NCBI GenBank assembly: GCA_964401345.1
Contig: CAYNYE010000001.1
Coordinates: 1 to 39,508 of the forward strand
Direction of reading: 5' to 3'
Origin: an uncultured Candidatus Planktophila sp.
Lineage (GTDB): Bacteria; Actinomycetota; Actinomycetes; Nanopelagicales; Nanopelagicaceae
DNA length: 39,508 nt
Shown: positions 1 through 7,889 of the stretch, piece after piece
Layout: every line of letters begins with the position of its first letter
Position numbering within the stretch: the first letter of the stretch is position 1
Made by a program: the position numbers and the translations under genes
Notes under the pieces: model-generated
Told to the model about the DNA's origin: nothing
Seen by the model: the letters and a program-made list of their open reading frames with translations, nothing else
Databases searched by the model: none

Positions 1-777
1 GCATTCGCTGCAACCTTAGTTGGAGGATTGGTAGCAAACTTTGTCTCTCCGCGCGATAACTTAATTGCCATTGCAATAATTGGATTGTTCGCCTTCCAAT
101 TTGTGGCGAACCTATTGTTACCTGCAGAACATGATGGACACCTAGGTGAACCTGGAAAAGATGATGCTGGAAAGGTTGCACTCTTTGGCAAAGAGTCTTT
201 GATTCTGTGGGCGCTGGGAATTGGCTTGATGTGCTCTTTGATTCCTGAAGGTGGCGCATATGAATGGAGCGGAATTCTTCTGCAAGACCATATGGGTATC
301 GGCAAGGGATTAAATGCAGCAGCTGCGACAACTTTTTCATTAGCGATGATCGCCAGTCGCCTGCTGGGAGATCGCGCATTTGAAAAGTGGGGCCATGTAA
401 ACACGGTGAAGTACGGTGGTTACTTTGGCGGCGGTTTATGGGGAATAGGTTTGTTAGTAGGAATGAATATCTCTGATTCACATCCGACCGCTGGCTTGAT
501 TATTGTGTGTTTAGGTTTTGGTGCAGCGGGTTTTGGAATGGGACCGTTCTTCCCAGCATTTAATCTTGCGGCCGCATCGATTCCAGGGATTGCACCATCT
601 GTTGGCTTAGCTCGCGTGGGCTTGATTGCGATTGCGGCTTACTTTGGTGGACCAACGATTATTGGATTAATTGCCGAAGTAACTTCTCTGCCGGTGGCCT
701 TTGCTTTCCCGGTGGTGCTGTACATGATCGTTGGATTGCAATCTAAATACATCAAGGTGCGTGAACTTAAGCAATAA
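1..777 (+). CDS. MFS transporter, C-terminal part (5' end outside window)
   Basis: Frame open from base 1; many hydrophobic helices; 'EGGAYEWSG' and 'AMIASRLLGDRAFEKWG' resemble MFS motifs of the YbjJ/fucose-permease-like type. Confidence 0.8.
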   Translation, partial: AFAATLVGGLVANFVSPRDNLIAIAIIGLFAFQFVANLLLPAEHDGHLGEPGKDDAGKVALFGKESLILWALGIGLMCSLIPEGGAYEWSGILLQDHMGIGKGLNAAAATTFSLAMIASRLLGDRAFEKWGHVNTVKYGGYFGGGLWGIGLLVGMNISDSHPTAGLIIVCLGFGAAGFGMGPFFPAFNLAAASIPGIAPSVGLARVGLIAIAAYFGGPTIIGLIAEVTSLPVAFAFPVVLYMIVGLQSKYIKVRELKQ

Positions 778-1513
778 CCCATGTCTGTAGCAGGGTAAAG
801 ATTGCAATCGAGTACAACAGTGCGGCAAAAGCCTTGCGCAATACCGCTTGATTCATCTGGCCGCTCTTAATGGATGCGATACGAGCAACAATTACCGCAG
901 CAACAGACATAGCAATAGGCACTGTCCACGTTACCTCTGACCAGCTTTGGTAATGCCCAAAGAAGGCGGTGATTGAATTAATTGCGATGATTGCAAGTGA
1001 AGTTCCGGCAGCTTTTCCCTGTGGAACTTTAAAGAAGAGAACAAGAACTGGAACTGCAAGGAATCCACCACCGATTCCGAATAAACCTGTCATCGATCCG
1101 ATAACTAAAGACATGACAACCAGCCAGAAAATAGGAATCTTCTTTTCGCTGCCTGCAACAGGCTTGATCAGCATTGCAGTTCCTGCTGAGAGTAGAACTA
1201 TTGCAAATCCAGTTGTAATGACTGAATCACTGATGCGGTGAACGATAAGTGAAAATCCTAGGTTTGTTACGAGTCCAAGAGCCCAAATAACCAGAGCTTC
1301 TTTGAAGAGAACTTCCTTGCTCTTAATCTTGGGAAGCAATCCTGAAATAGCGGCGGTCAATACAACTGCAATTGCTGCGGTGGTTGCTGCTTGCGGATTA
1401 AAGTCAAAGATGTACAGAAGGATTGGTACAGAGAGCATCGCTCCACCTGCGCCGATGAAACCTAATACTGCGCCGATGAAACCACCTGCGATTAATCCAC
1501 CGATGATTTCCAT
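767..1513 (-). CDS. Sulfite exporter TauE/SafE family membrane protein
   Basis: Two internal repeats 'GFIGAGGAMLSVPIL' and 'GLFGIGGGFLAVPVL', plus 'AAGTSLAII'; 248 aa hydrophobic. Confidence 0.88.
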   Translation of the reverse strand: MEIIGGLIAGGFIGAVLGFIGAGGAMLSVPILLYIFDFNPQAATTAAIAVVLTAAISGLLPKIKSKEVLFKEALVIWALGLVTNLGFSLIVHRISDSVITTGFAIVLLSAGTAMLIKPVAGSEKKIPIFWLVVMSLVIGSMTGLFGIGGGFLAVPVLVLFFKVPQGKAAGTSLAIIAINSITAFFGHYQSWSEVTWTVPIAMSVAAVIVARIASIKSGQMNQAVLRKAFAALLYSIAIFTLLQTWVIA

Positions 1514-1529
1514 TGGCTAATCATGAAGC

Positions 1530-1564
1530 AAAAACGCCCGCCGGTATGAAACCGACGGGCGTTT
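1530..1564 (-). terminator. Intrinsic terminator downstream of the DoxX gene
   Basis: Minus strand AAACGCCCGTCGGT-TTCAT-ACCGGCGGGCGTTT (one G-U pair) running into a T tract, about 11 nt after the DoxX stop. Confidence 0.8.
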
Positions 1565-1575
1565 AAGTTAACTAA

Positions 1576-1989
1576 TTACAGGCTGAAGAAGGCACCTGTT
1601 ACTGATGGGCCGAACTCTGTACCTGTTGCTACGAGTGCGAAGATAATTAAAGCTGCACCTGCAAGTGAGAGGTTCTTAAAGAACCCGATTGACTCATTTT
1701 GCTTAGCTGTTGCATCTGTTTCTTTCCAGAATGCGTGCATCAAGAATGATGTTGGGATTAGGAATAGCGCGATAAGTAGCGCACCGAGATCTGCGTACAC
1801 GCCGAATGCGATGTAGAGACCGCCGACGAGGATCATGAGACCTGATAGGACCACGCTGAACTTCGCTGCTGGAACCTTCTTGTACTGGGCGTAGCCAGTC
1901 ATTGCCTCAAGCTTGGTGAGGTGAGAAACGCCAGATGAGATGAAGAGCAACGCGAAAAGTACGCGGCCGATGATGAGGACGATGTCCAT
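1576..1989 (-). CDS. DoxX family membrane protein
   Basis: 'IGRVLFALLFISSGVSH', 'HAFW', 'FFKNLSLAGAAL' are DoxX/SURF4 signatures; AAGGAG SD upstream on the minus strand. Confidence 0.9.
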   Translation of the reverse strand: MDIVLIIGRVLFALLFISSGVSHLTKLEAMTGYAQYKKVPAAKFSVVLSGLMILVGGLYIAFGVYADLGALLIALFLIPTSFLMHAFWKETDATAKQNESIGFFKNLSLAGAALIIFALVATGTEFGPSVTGAFFSL

Positions 1990-2036
1990 TGTGACTCCTT
2001 GAGATATTGGTTGATTGTGAACTTACTGGGTAAGAA

Positions 2037-2054
2037 TAGTTGAAGTTTCAACTA
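2037..2054. promoter_or_regulatory. Palindromic operator TAGTTGAA-GT-TTCAACTA (MarR/RosR-like) upstream of DoxX
   Basis: Perfect 8-bp inverted repeat with 2-nt spacer, 47 nt upstream of the DoxX start; regulator identity is inferred. Confidence 0.6.
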
Positions 2055-2088
2055 ACTATGGTCACGACACGCTCAGCGGCTTGCTATT

Positions 2089-2110
2089 TGTCAGTGGGGA
2101 GGGCTATTTT
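2089..2110 (+). promoter_or_regulatory. PafBC-type (RecA-NDp) DNA-damage promoter motif
   Basis: TGTCAG (2089-2094) + 10 nt + TATTTT (2105-2110) matches TGTCRG-N10-TANNNT. Confidence 0.7.
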
Positions 2111-2126
2111 TCGAACATCTGTTCGA
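2111..2126. promoter_or_regulatory. LexA (SOS) box
   Basis: TCGAAC-ATCT-GTTCGA is an exact match to the actinobacterial consensus TCGAAC-N4-GTTCGA, upstream of mutagenic polymerase genes. Confidence 0.92.
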
Positions 2127-2157
2127 ATACCCACAGCTGTGAAAGGTCCACCCAGAA

Positions 2158-2439
2158 ATGTCAGCCACGCAGGTTAACCCCGCCCTCGATGTCACTATCG
2201 ATGGCGCAACAACTCCAATCGAGTTCACCTATAAAGGGAAACGGTTTCGCATCCATGCGGTCTTATCTCGTTGGTGCGAAGCAGGTGGGTGGTGGAATCG
2301 AATCAGCGATGGAAAGTATCGCCCTGATGATCAAGCACGGGCTGTGTGGAGAGTAGAGGCGGCACCTATCGGTGCGTTAACAACCTTTGAGCTCGAACGT
2401 GATGAAGTAACAGGTCAGTGGATTATCCGTAACGTATGA
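2158..2439 (+). CDS. DUF6504-like small protein (resembles the ImuB C-terminal domain)
   Basis: 93 aa; 'FTYKGKRFRIHAVLSRWCEAGGWW...VWRVEA...FELERD...W' pattern; GAAAGG SD; stop overlaps dnaE2 start (ATGA). Confidence 0.8.
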   Translation: MSATQVNPALDVTIDGATTPIEFTYKGKRFRIHAVLSRWCEAGGWWNRISDGKYRPDDQARAVWRVEAAPIGALTTFELERDEVTGQWIIRNV

Positions 2440-5400
2440 GCTTTATTCACCTCAATGTTGCCAGCGGGTACTCATTGAAATATGGAACAACGCAACCCCA
2501 TGATCTAGTTCAACGTGCAGCCGAATTTGAAATGCCAGCGCTCGCCTTAACAGATCGTGATGGGTTGGCTGGTGCCATTCGTTTTACTCAAAGTTGTGTT
2601 GATTATGGAATCGCACCCATCATCGGAGTCAACTGTGCAATTGCCATAAAAAATCCAAATGGCGGCGATGCAAAGGGTCGCATTACCTTGCTGGCACACA
2701 GCGATGGAGGATGGCGCTCGCTGTGCAGATTGATGACATCACTAACAATGACTAGTGATACCCGTGTGCCAGTTCTCACCTTAGATTTTTTACAACAGTT
2801 TAGTAATTACAGCACCAATGTTTATGCGATGCATGGACCTGAAGCCCCTATTAGTAACGCCATACAGAACCATCGCTTTGATCAAGCGCTCCATATCTTT
2901 AATCAAACCCGTGATCTATTTGCTAACAACGCTATTGAATGTGTTTCGCACCTAGTTGCAGGTCGTGGCCCCCGCTCTACCGAACATGCAGCACGTTCCT
3001 TAATCTTTGCTCGTGACAATGATATTGATGCGGTTATTACTAACGCTGTCCGCATGAAGGATCGCACCGATGGGCCAGTTGCAGATGTTTTAGATTGCGT
3101 GCGACAGCTAGTGCCATTGCATGATCGCCACATCGAACGACGTAACGCTGAAGGATTTTTGAAATCTAGTGATGAGATGATTTCGCTAGCTGGTGAAATT
3201 GCACGGGCTGCAGGAGAACGAACACCACGTGCACTGTTAAAGACAACTCGTGAGTGGGCGGAACGTTCTTTGTTGTCACCTCAACGCGATATTGGTTTAG
3301 GGGGAGCCCACCTGCCAGAGCCCCATGTTGTAGGGGTAAATACCGCACAAGAGATGCGCACTTTGCTGCGCTCTCGCAGTGAAGCTGGAATCAATTGGCG
3401 CTACACCAGCAGTGATCAGATCAGCAAAGCACGTGCACGTTTAGATGATGAACTCGCAACCGTTGCAACCCTTGGTTACGAGTCATACTTTTTAACCGTT
3501 GCAGATATCGCAGATATGGCACGTGATGCAGGAATCCGTGTTGCAGCTCGTGGCAGCGGTGCAGGTTCCTTGATCTGTCACCTACTTGGAATCTCAGGTG
3601 TAGATCCCATGCAACATGGTTTATTGATGGAGCGTTTTTGTTCTCCGCTGCGCAGAGCTTTGCCAGATATTGATATCGATGTTGAATCTGCCAGACGTCT
3701 TGAAATTTATGACATGGTCTTTAAAAGGTATGGCGATAGTGATTGGGGATCACCTACCAATCAATCACGGTGCGCAGTTGTAGCGATGGTCGATACCTAT
3801 CGTGCACGCCACGCAATCCGTGATGCAGGGGCCGCTCTTGGTTTACCCGGTATGGAGATCGACATGTTGGCTAAATCGATGCCACATGTTCGTGCGCGCA
3901 ATATTGCAGCAACCCTTGAATCTCTGCCTGAACTTCGGCGCATGAATACATCAGCACCACTGATGGCGGCAACAATTGAGATGGCACAACGTCTAGATGG
4001 CCTGCCACGCCACCTTGCGATGCATCCATGTGCAATCGTTTTATCTGATGGCGGTTTTCTAGATCGCGCACCATTGATGAGCAGTGCTGGCGGTTATCCG
4101 ATGGTTGCCTTTGATAAGGATGATGTTGAGGCGGTTGGTTTATTGAAGCTCGATGTCTTGGGAGTTCGCATGCAATCAACTATTGCTTACTCGATGAAGG
4201 AGATTGAACGGGTTCATAAAGAGGTAGTTGATATTGATGCGGTTCCGCTAGATGACACAGCGACTTACGAGTTAATTCAATCCACCAGAACCCTTGGAAT
4301 CTTTCAGGTTGAAAGTCCAGGACAGCGTGAACTTGTTGGAAAGCTTGCACCTAAAACCTTTACCGATTTAATTATTGATATCTCTTTATTTAGACCAGGG
4401 CCGGTGAAGAGCGACATGATCACGCCATTTCTTAAAGCCCGTCATGGATGGAGCCCAGCGCAGATAATTCACCCTGATTTATATGAGATTTTGGCCCACA
4501 CCGAAGGCGTTGTCGTCTTCCATGAACAGGTTATTCAGATCATCGCAACGATGACCGGGGTTTCATTGGCAACGGCGGATGAAAAACGCAGATCCTTGGG
4601 GGATCGTGCAGGTCAACAAGAGGTGTGTGATTGGTTCTTTCCTGCAGCAGCAGCCAAGGGGTATGAGCTGCCGATCATTCAAGAGATCTGGGATGTCCTA
4701 CGCGCCTTTGCGTCCTTTGGTTTTTGTAAAGCACATGCTGCAGCTTTTGCGCTGCCTACCTATCAATCGGCATGGCTTAAGACCCATTACCCGGCAGCAT
4801 TTCTTGCAGGTGTATTAACCCATGATCCCGGCATGTATCCGAAGCGTTTAATTGTGGATGAGGCACGACAGATGGGAATCACCATCGCACCTATTGATGT
4901 CAACGCATCTGATGCGGTGTATCGAGTGGAAGATCATGGCAACGCGATCCGTATCGCCTTATCAACGGTTAGCGGAATCAGCGATGGTGAGGTGCAATCA
5001 ATTATCGCCGGCCGTCCGTACATCGACCTCAATGATTTTGTTCGCAGATCAGGGTGCAGTGCACCAGTTACTGAAAGCTTGATTCTTACTGGTGGTTTTG
5101 ATTCCTTGCATGCTGATGTCAATCGTCGAGACCTGTTGCTGCATTTTTCCGATTTACAAAAATCACCAAGCGCTGCGGTCTCTGGCGCGCAGATGAACTT
5201 AGGGTTTGAACCACCAGCGTTGATAAGTAGCGGCTTGCCTGCGATGACCGCCTCTGAAAGTGTGAAGTACGAGATTGATCGATTAGGGATTGATATGTCC
5301 CGTCACATGATCGAGTTTTACGGAGAATTCCTCAACGCTATCGGTGCGGTTCGCTCTAGCGATTTACTGAAACAACGATCCCAATCATCGGTGCTCGTTG

Positions 5401-5678
5401 CAGGAATCAAGGTAGCGATGCAGACACCACCGGTACGTTCAGGTAAACGTGTCATCTTCCTGACCCTTGATGATGGGTATGGCTGCAGCGATTCAACTTT
5501 CTTTACCGATGTACAAGGCGAGTACGCCAATGTTTTGTATTCGACATCGCTGCTACTTGTTCGGGGCGTTACCCGTCGCACAGGTGCCAGAGGCATCTCT
5601 ATCAGGGCTACAGGGGCTTGGGATTTACGTGCCGCTTACGAAAGTTGGAGCGCTAAACAAAGTACGCTCGCAATATGA
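2436..5678 (+). CDS. dnaE2: Error-prone DNA polymerase III alpha-like subunit DnaE2
   Basis: Pol III alpha motifs RGSGAGS, PDIDID, KLDVLG, FQVESPGQ, FGFCKAHA; degenerate PHP domain; LexA box upstream; a canonical dnaE is present elsewhere in the window. Confidence 0.92.
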   Translation: MSFIHLNVASGYSLKYGTTQPHDLVQRAAEFEMPALALTDRDGLAGAIRFTQSCVDYGIAPIIGVNCAIAIKNPNGGDAKGRITLLAHSDGGWRSLCRLMTSLTMTSDTRVPVLTLDFLQQFSNYSTNVYAMHGPEAPISNAIQNHRFDQALHIFNQTRDLFANNAIECVSHLVAGRGPRSTEHAARSLIFARDNDIDAVITNAVRMKDRTDGPVADVLDCVRQLVPLHDRHIERRNAEGFLKSSDEMISLAGEIARAAGERTPRALLKTTREWAERSLLSPQRDIGLGGAHLPEPHVVGVNTAQEMRTLLRSRSEAGINWRYTSSDQISKARARLDDELATVATLGYESYFLTVADIADMARDAGIRVAARGSGAGSLICHLLGISGVDPMQHGLLMERFCSPLRRALPDIDIDVESARRLEIYDMVFKRYGDSDWGSPTNQSRCAVVAMVDTYRARHAIRDAGAALGLPGMEIDMLAKSMPHVRARNIAATLESLPELRRMNTSAPLMAATIEMAQRLDGLPRHLAMHPCAIVLSDGGFLDRAPLMSSAGGYPMVAFDKDDVEAVGLLKLDVLGVRMQSTIAYSMKEIERVHKEVVDIDAVPLDDTATYELIQSTRTLGIFQVESPGQRELVGKLAPKTFTDLIIDISLFRPGPVKSDMITPFLKARHGWSPAQIIHPDLYEILAHTEGVVVFHEQVIQIIATMTGVSLATADEKRRSLGDRAGQQEVCDWFFPAAAAKGYELPIIQEIWDVLRAFASFGFCKAHAAAFALPTYQSAWLKTHYPAAFLAGVLTHDPGMYPKRLIVDEARQMGITIAPIDVNASDAVYRVEDHGNAIRIALSTVSGISDGEVQSIIAGRPYIDLNDFVRRSGCSAPVTESLILTGGFDSLHADVNRRDLLLHFSDLQKSPSAAVSGAQMNLGFEPPALISSGLPAMTASESVKYEIDRLGIDMSRHMIEFYGEFLNAIGAVRSSDLLKQRSQSSVLVAGIKVAMQTPPVRSGKRVIFLTLDDGYGCSDSTFFTDVQGEYANVLYSTSLLLVRGVTRRTGARGISIRATGAWDLRAAYESWSAKQSTLAI

Positions 5679-6868
5679 GTGCAGAGGAAAAGCCAACCCA
5701 GGCAACCATTCTGCATGTTGATATGGATGCCTTCTTTGCATCGGTTGCCGAAAGAGATAACCCCGAATTAAAGGGCAAAGCTGTTGTTATCGGAATGGGT
5801 ACACGTGGCGTTGTATCTGCAGCAAATTATGAAGCGCGCAAATTTGGTATTCACTCTGCAATGCCTGTTGGTCAAGCGCGTCGATTAGCACCCCATGCGA
5901 TCTTCTTACCCGTTGATATGGCCCGGTACCAAGAGGTATCTGGTCACATCATGGAGATCTTTGAAAGCTTTACTCCGAATGTTGAACCGATTTCGGTTGA
6001 TGAGGCATTTCTCGATGTAACTGGTGCAAAGAAGTTGTTAGGTACAGGACGTGAAATTGCTGCAGCGATTCGCGCAAAGGTTGAAGCACAAGAGGGCATT
6101 ACTTGCTCTGTTGGAATTGCACCATCCAAGTTTATTGCAAAGTTAGCATCGACCCATTGCAAACCTAATGGAATGCTTGAAATCACTAGCGATCGAATTC
6201 TTGAGTTCCTGCACCCGCTACCAATTTCTGCAATGTGGGGAGTAGGGCCAAAGACCGCAGAGGTTCTAGAGCGATTAGGGTTGCGCACCATTGAAGATAT
6301 TGCAAAGCTTCCACGCACAACTTTGATTCGCGCAGTTGGAGAAGCAGCGGGTAGTACCTTGCATGAACTTGCGTGGGGTCGCGATTATCGCGATGTTGCA
6401 CCGCAAGATGCCGAGAAAAGTATTAGCGCCGCTGAAACCTTTCCAACAGATTTAGATAACCCCGAAGAGATCTTGCGCGAGTATCTACGGTTGTGCGAGC
6501 GCGCAACATCTAGATTGCGCGATAAAGGTTTGTTTGCCAAGACGATCTCAATCAAGGTTCGCTTTGGAGATTTCTCAACGATCAATCGATCAAAGACTTT
6601 GCCGCTGCCAATCGACAGCACCCATGATGTGTATGAGGTCGTAAAGGGTTTGTATGAAGCTCTGCGAATTGATCGAGCTCGATTGCGTTTAGTAGGTGTA
6701 TCCCTTGAGAACTTAAGCGAGGGAGCACCGGTTCAGATGATGTTAGGTGAGCGTGAAAAGGGTTGGCGTGAGGCAGAAGGTGCAATGGATAAGGCCCGCG
6801 AGCGCTTTGGCCATGGCTCGGTGCGACCTGCGCGCTTGATTAAGCCTTCTGCAGAGGATGCTGAGTAG
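5675..6868 (+). CDS. dinB: DNA polymerase IV (Y family)
   Basis: HVDMDAFFASV, YEARKFGIHSAMP, SVDEAFLD, KFIAKLAS, KPNG; catalytic acidic residues intact. Confidence 0.95.
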   Translation: MSAEEKPTQATILHVDMDAFFASVAERDNPELKGKAVVIGMGTRGVVSAANYEARKFGIHSAMPVGQARRLAPHAIFLPVDMARYQEVSGHIMEIFESFTPNVEPISVDEAFLDVTGAKKLLGTGREIAAAIRAKVEAQEGITCSVGIAPSKFIAKLASTHCKPNGMLEITSDRILEFLHPLPISAMWGVGPKTAEVLERLGLRTIEDIAKLPRTTLIRAVGEAAGSTLHELAWGRDYRDVAPQDAEKSISAAETFPTDLDNPEEILREYLRLCERATSRLRDKGLFAKTISIKVRFGDFSTINRSKTLPLPIDSTHDVYEVVKGLYEALRIDRARLRLVGVSLENLSEGAPVQMMLGEREKGWREAEGAMDKARERFGHGSVRPARLIKPSAEDAE

Positions 6869-6915
6869 GCGTAAAAGAAGTAGCGGGCAATCACAATCTG
6901 TTCTATTGTGGGGCT

Positions 6916-7269
6916 ATGCCTTTATCAGATCGTGAAAAGCGCCTCTTGGAAGAGATGGAGGCTGCTCTTTTAACTGAAGATCCACGCCTTGTTTCAGCGC
7001 TTTCATCAAAGGCGCCGGTTTCACCATCACGAAACCGCATTATGGCGGGGGCTGGGCTGCTCCTTCTGGGTCTCATCACCCTCTTCGCAGGCTTGATCTC
7101 TCAGGTAACCCCGATCGGAATCCTTGGATTTGTCATCGCTTTGGGTGGGGTCATCACCGCAATCTCATCGATTTCAGCCCCAGTTCGAGGCCCTCGAAAG
7201 GCTTCACCACGCACAAATTTGAGCGCTCGCCTTGAGCAGCGCTGGGAGAACCGCTCCAACGAGGAGTAA
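6916..7269 (+). CDS. DUF3040 domain membrane protein
   Basis: 'MPLSDREKRLLEEMEAALLTEDPRL', two TM segments and C-terminal 'RLEQRW'; usual position upstream of mraZ in actinobacteria. Confidence 0.88.
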   Translation: MPLSDREKRLLEEMEAALLTEDPRLVSALSSKAPVSPSRNRIMAGAGLLLLGLITLFAGLISQVTPIGILGFVIALGGVITAISSISAPVRGPRKASPRTNLSARLEQRWENRSNEE

Positions 7270-7289
7270 ATCCCCGCATAGCTCCACCC

Positions 7290-7316
7290 AAGCCCCTCCC
7301 TGTGAGGGGCTTTTTT
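7290..7316 (+). terminator. Intrinsic terminator after DUF3040
   Basis: AAGCCCCTC-CCTGT-GAGGGGCTT hairpin running into a T tract. Confidence 0.85.
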
Positions 7317-7328
7317 CATGCTCGCAGA

Positions 7329-7406
7329 GTGGGGAGAGGTGGGGGCGAAAAGGGCTAAAAGTGGGAAAAGGTGGTTGAAAAAGGGGAAAAGTGGAGTAAA
7401 GTGGGG
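7329..7406 (+). promoter_or_regulatory. MraZ operator: GTGG direct repeats in 10-bp register
   Basis: GTGG at 7329, 7339, 7361, 7371, 7391 and 7401 with A-rich spacers, directly upstream of mraZ. Confidence 0.8.
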
Positions 7407-7457
7407 AATTAAGCGGGCAGGAAGCTCGCGGCGAACCTGGGGAAGGGGGCGCTGAAA

Positions 7458-7889
7458 ATGTTTCTAGGCACCCACGAGCCACGTCTTGATGACAAAGGTC
7501 GCTTAATTCTTCCCGCGAAATTCCGCGAAGAACTTGCTGCAGGTTTAGTTATTACTAAAGGACAAGAACGTTGTCTTTATGTTTTTCCATCACAAGAGTT
7601 TTCAGTAATTACAGAGACGCTAAAACAAGCGCCAGTCACTGCAAAATCAGCACGTGATTACAGCCGTGTGATGTTTGCTGGCGCACACGATGAAATTCCT
7701 GATCGTCAAGGTCGCGTAACAATTCCACAATCACTTCGCACATATGCAGGATTAGAAAAAGAGTGCGTTGTTATTGGTGCAAATACTCGCGTTGAAATTT
7801 GGGACGCAACTTCTTGGAATGAATATTTAGCAGATCGTGAAAAGAGCTTCGCTGATGTTTCAGAGGAGGTCTTTCCAGGTTTGTTCTAA
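7458..7889 (+). CDS. mraZ: Division/cell-wall cluster transcriptional repressor MraZ
   Basis: [23 protein letters not shown] and DRQGRVTIP repeats; 143 aa. Confidence 0.97.
   Translation: MFLGTHEPRLDDKGRLILPAKFREELAAGLVITKGQERCLYVFPSQEFSVITETLKQAPVTAKSARDYSRVMFAGAHDEIPDRQGRVTIPQSLRTYAGLEKECVVIGANTRVEIWDATSWNEYLADREKSFADVSEEVFPGLF

Noticed and set aside
2064-2072. GACAC (WhiA-like) motif upstream of the SOS operon
   Set aside because: A single 5-mer is expected by chance; no supporting context
2081-2356. 91-aa alternative-frame ORF
   Set aside because: Starts inside the promoter/LexA region and overlaps the better-supported 2158-2439 gene, which has an SD, a family-like pattern and coupling to dnaE2
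7329-7410. Possible CRISPR or tandem-repeat array
   Set aside because: Units are 4-5 bp at 10-bp period with no spacers and no cas genes; explained as MraZ boxes
7204-7482. Pro/Phe-rich minus-strand ORF
   Set aside because: Translation of the complement of the MraZ GTGG repeats; no coding evidence
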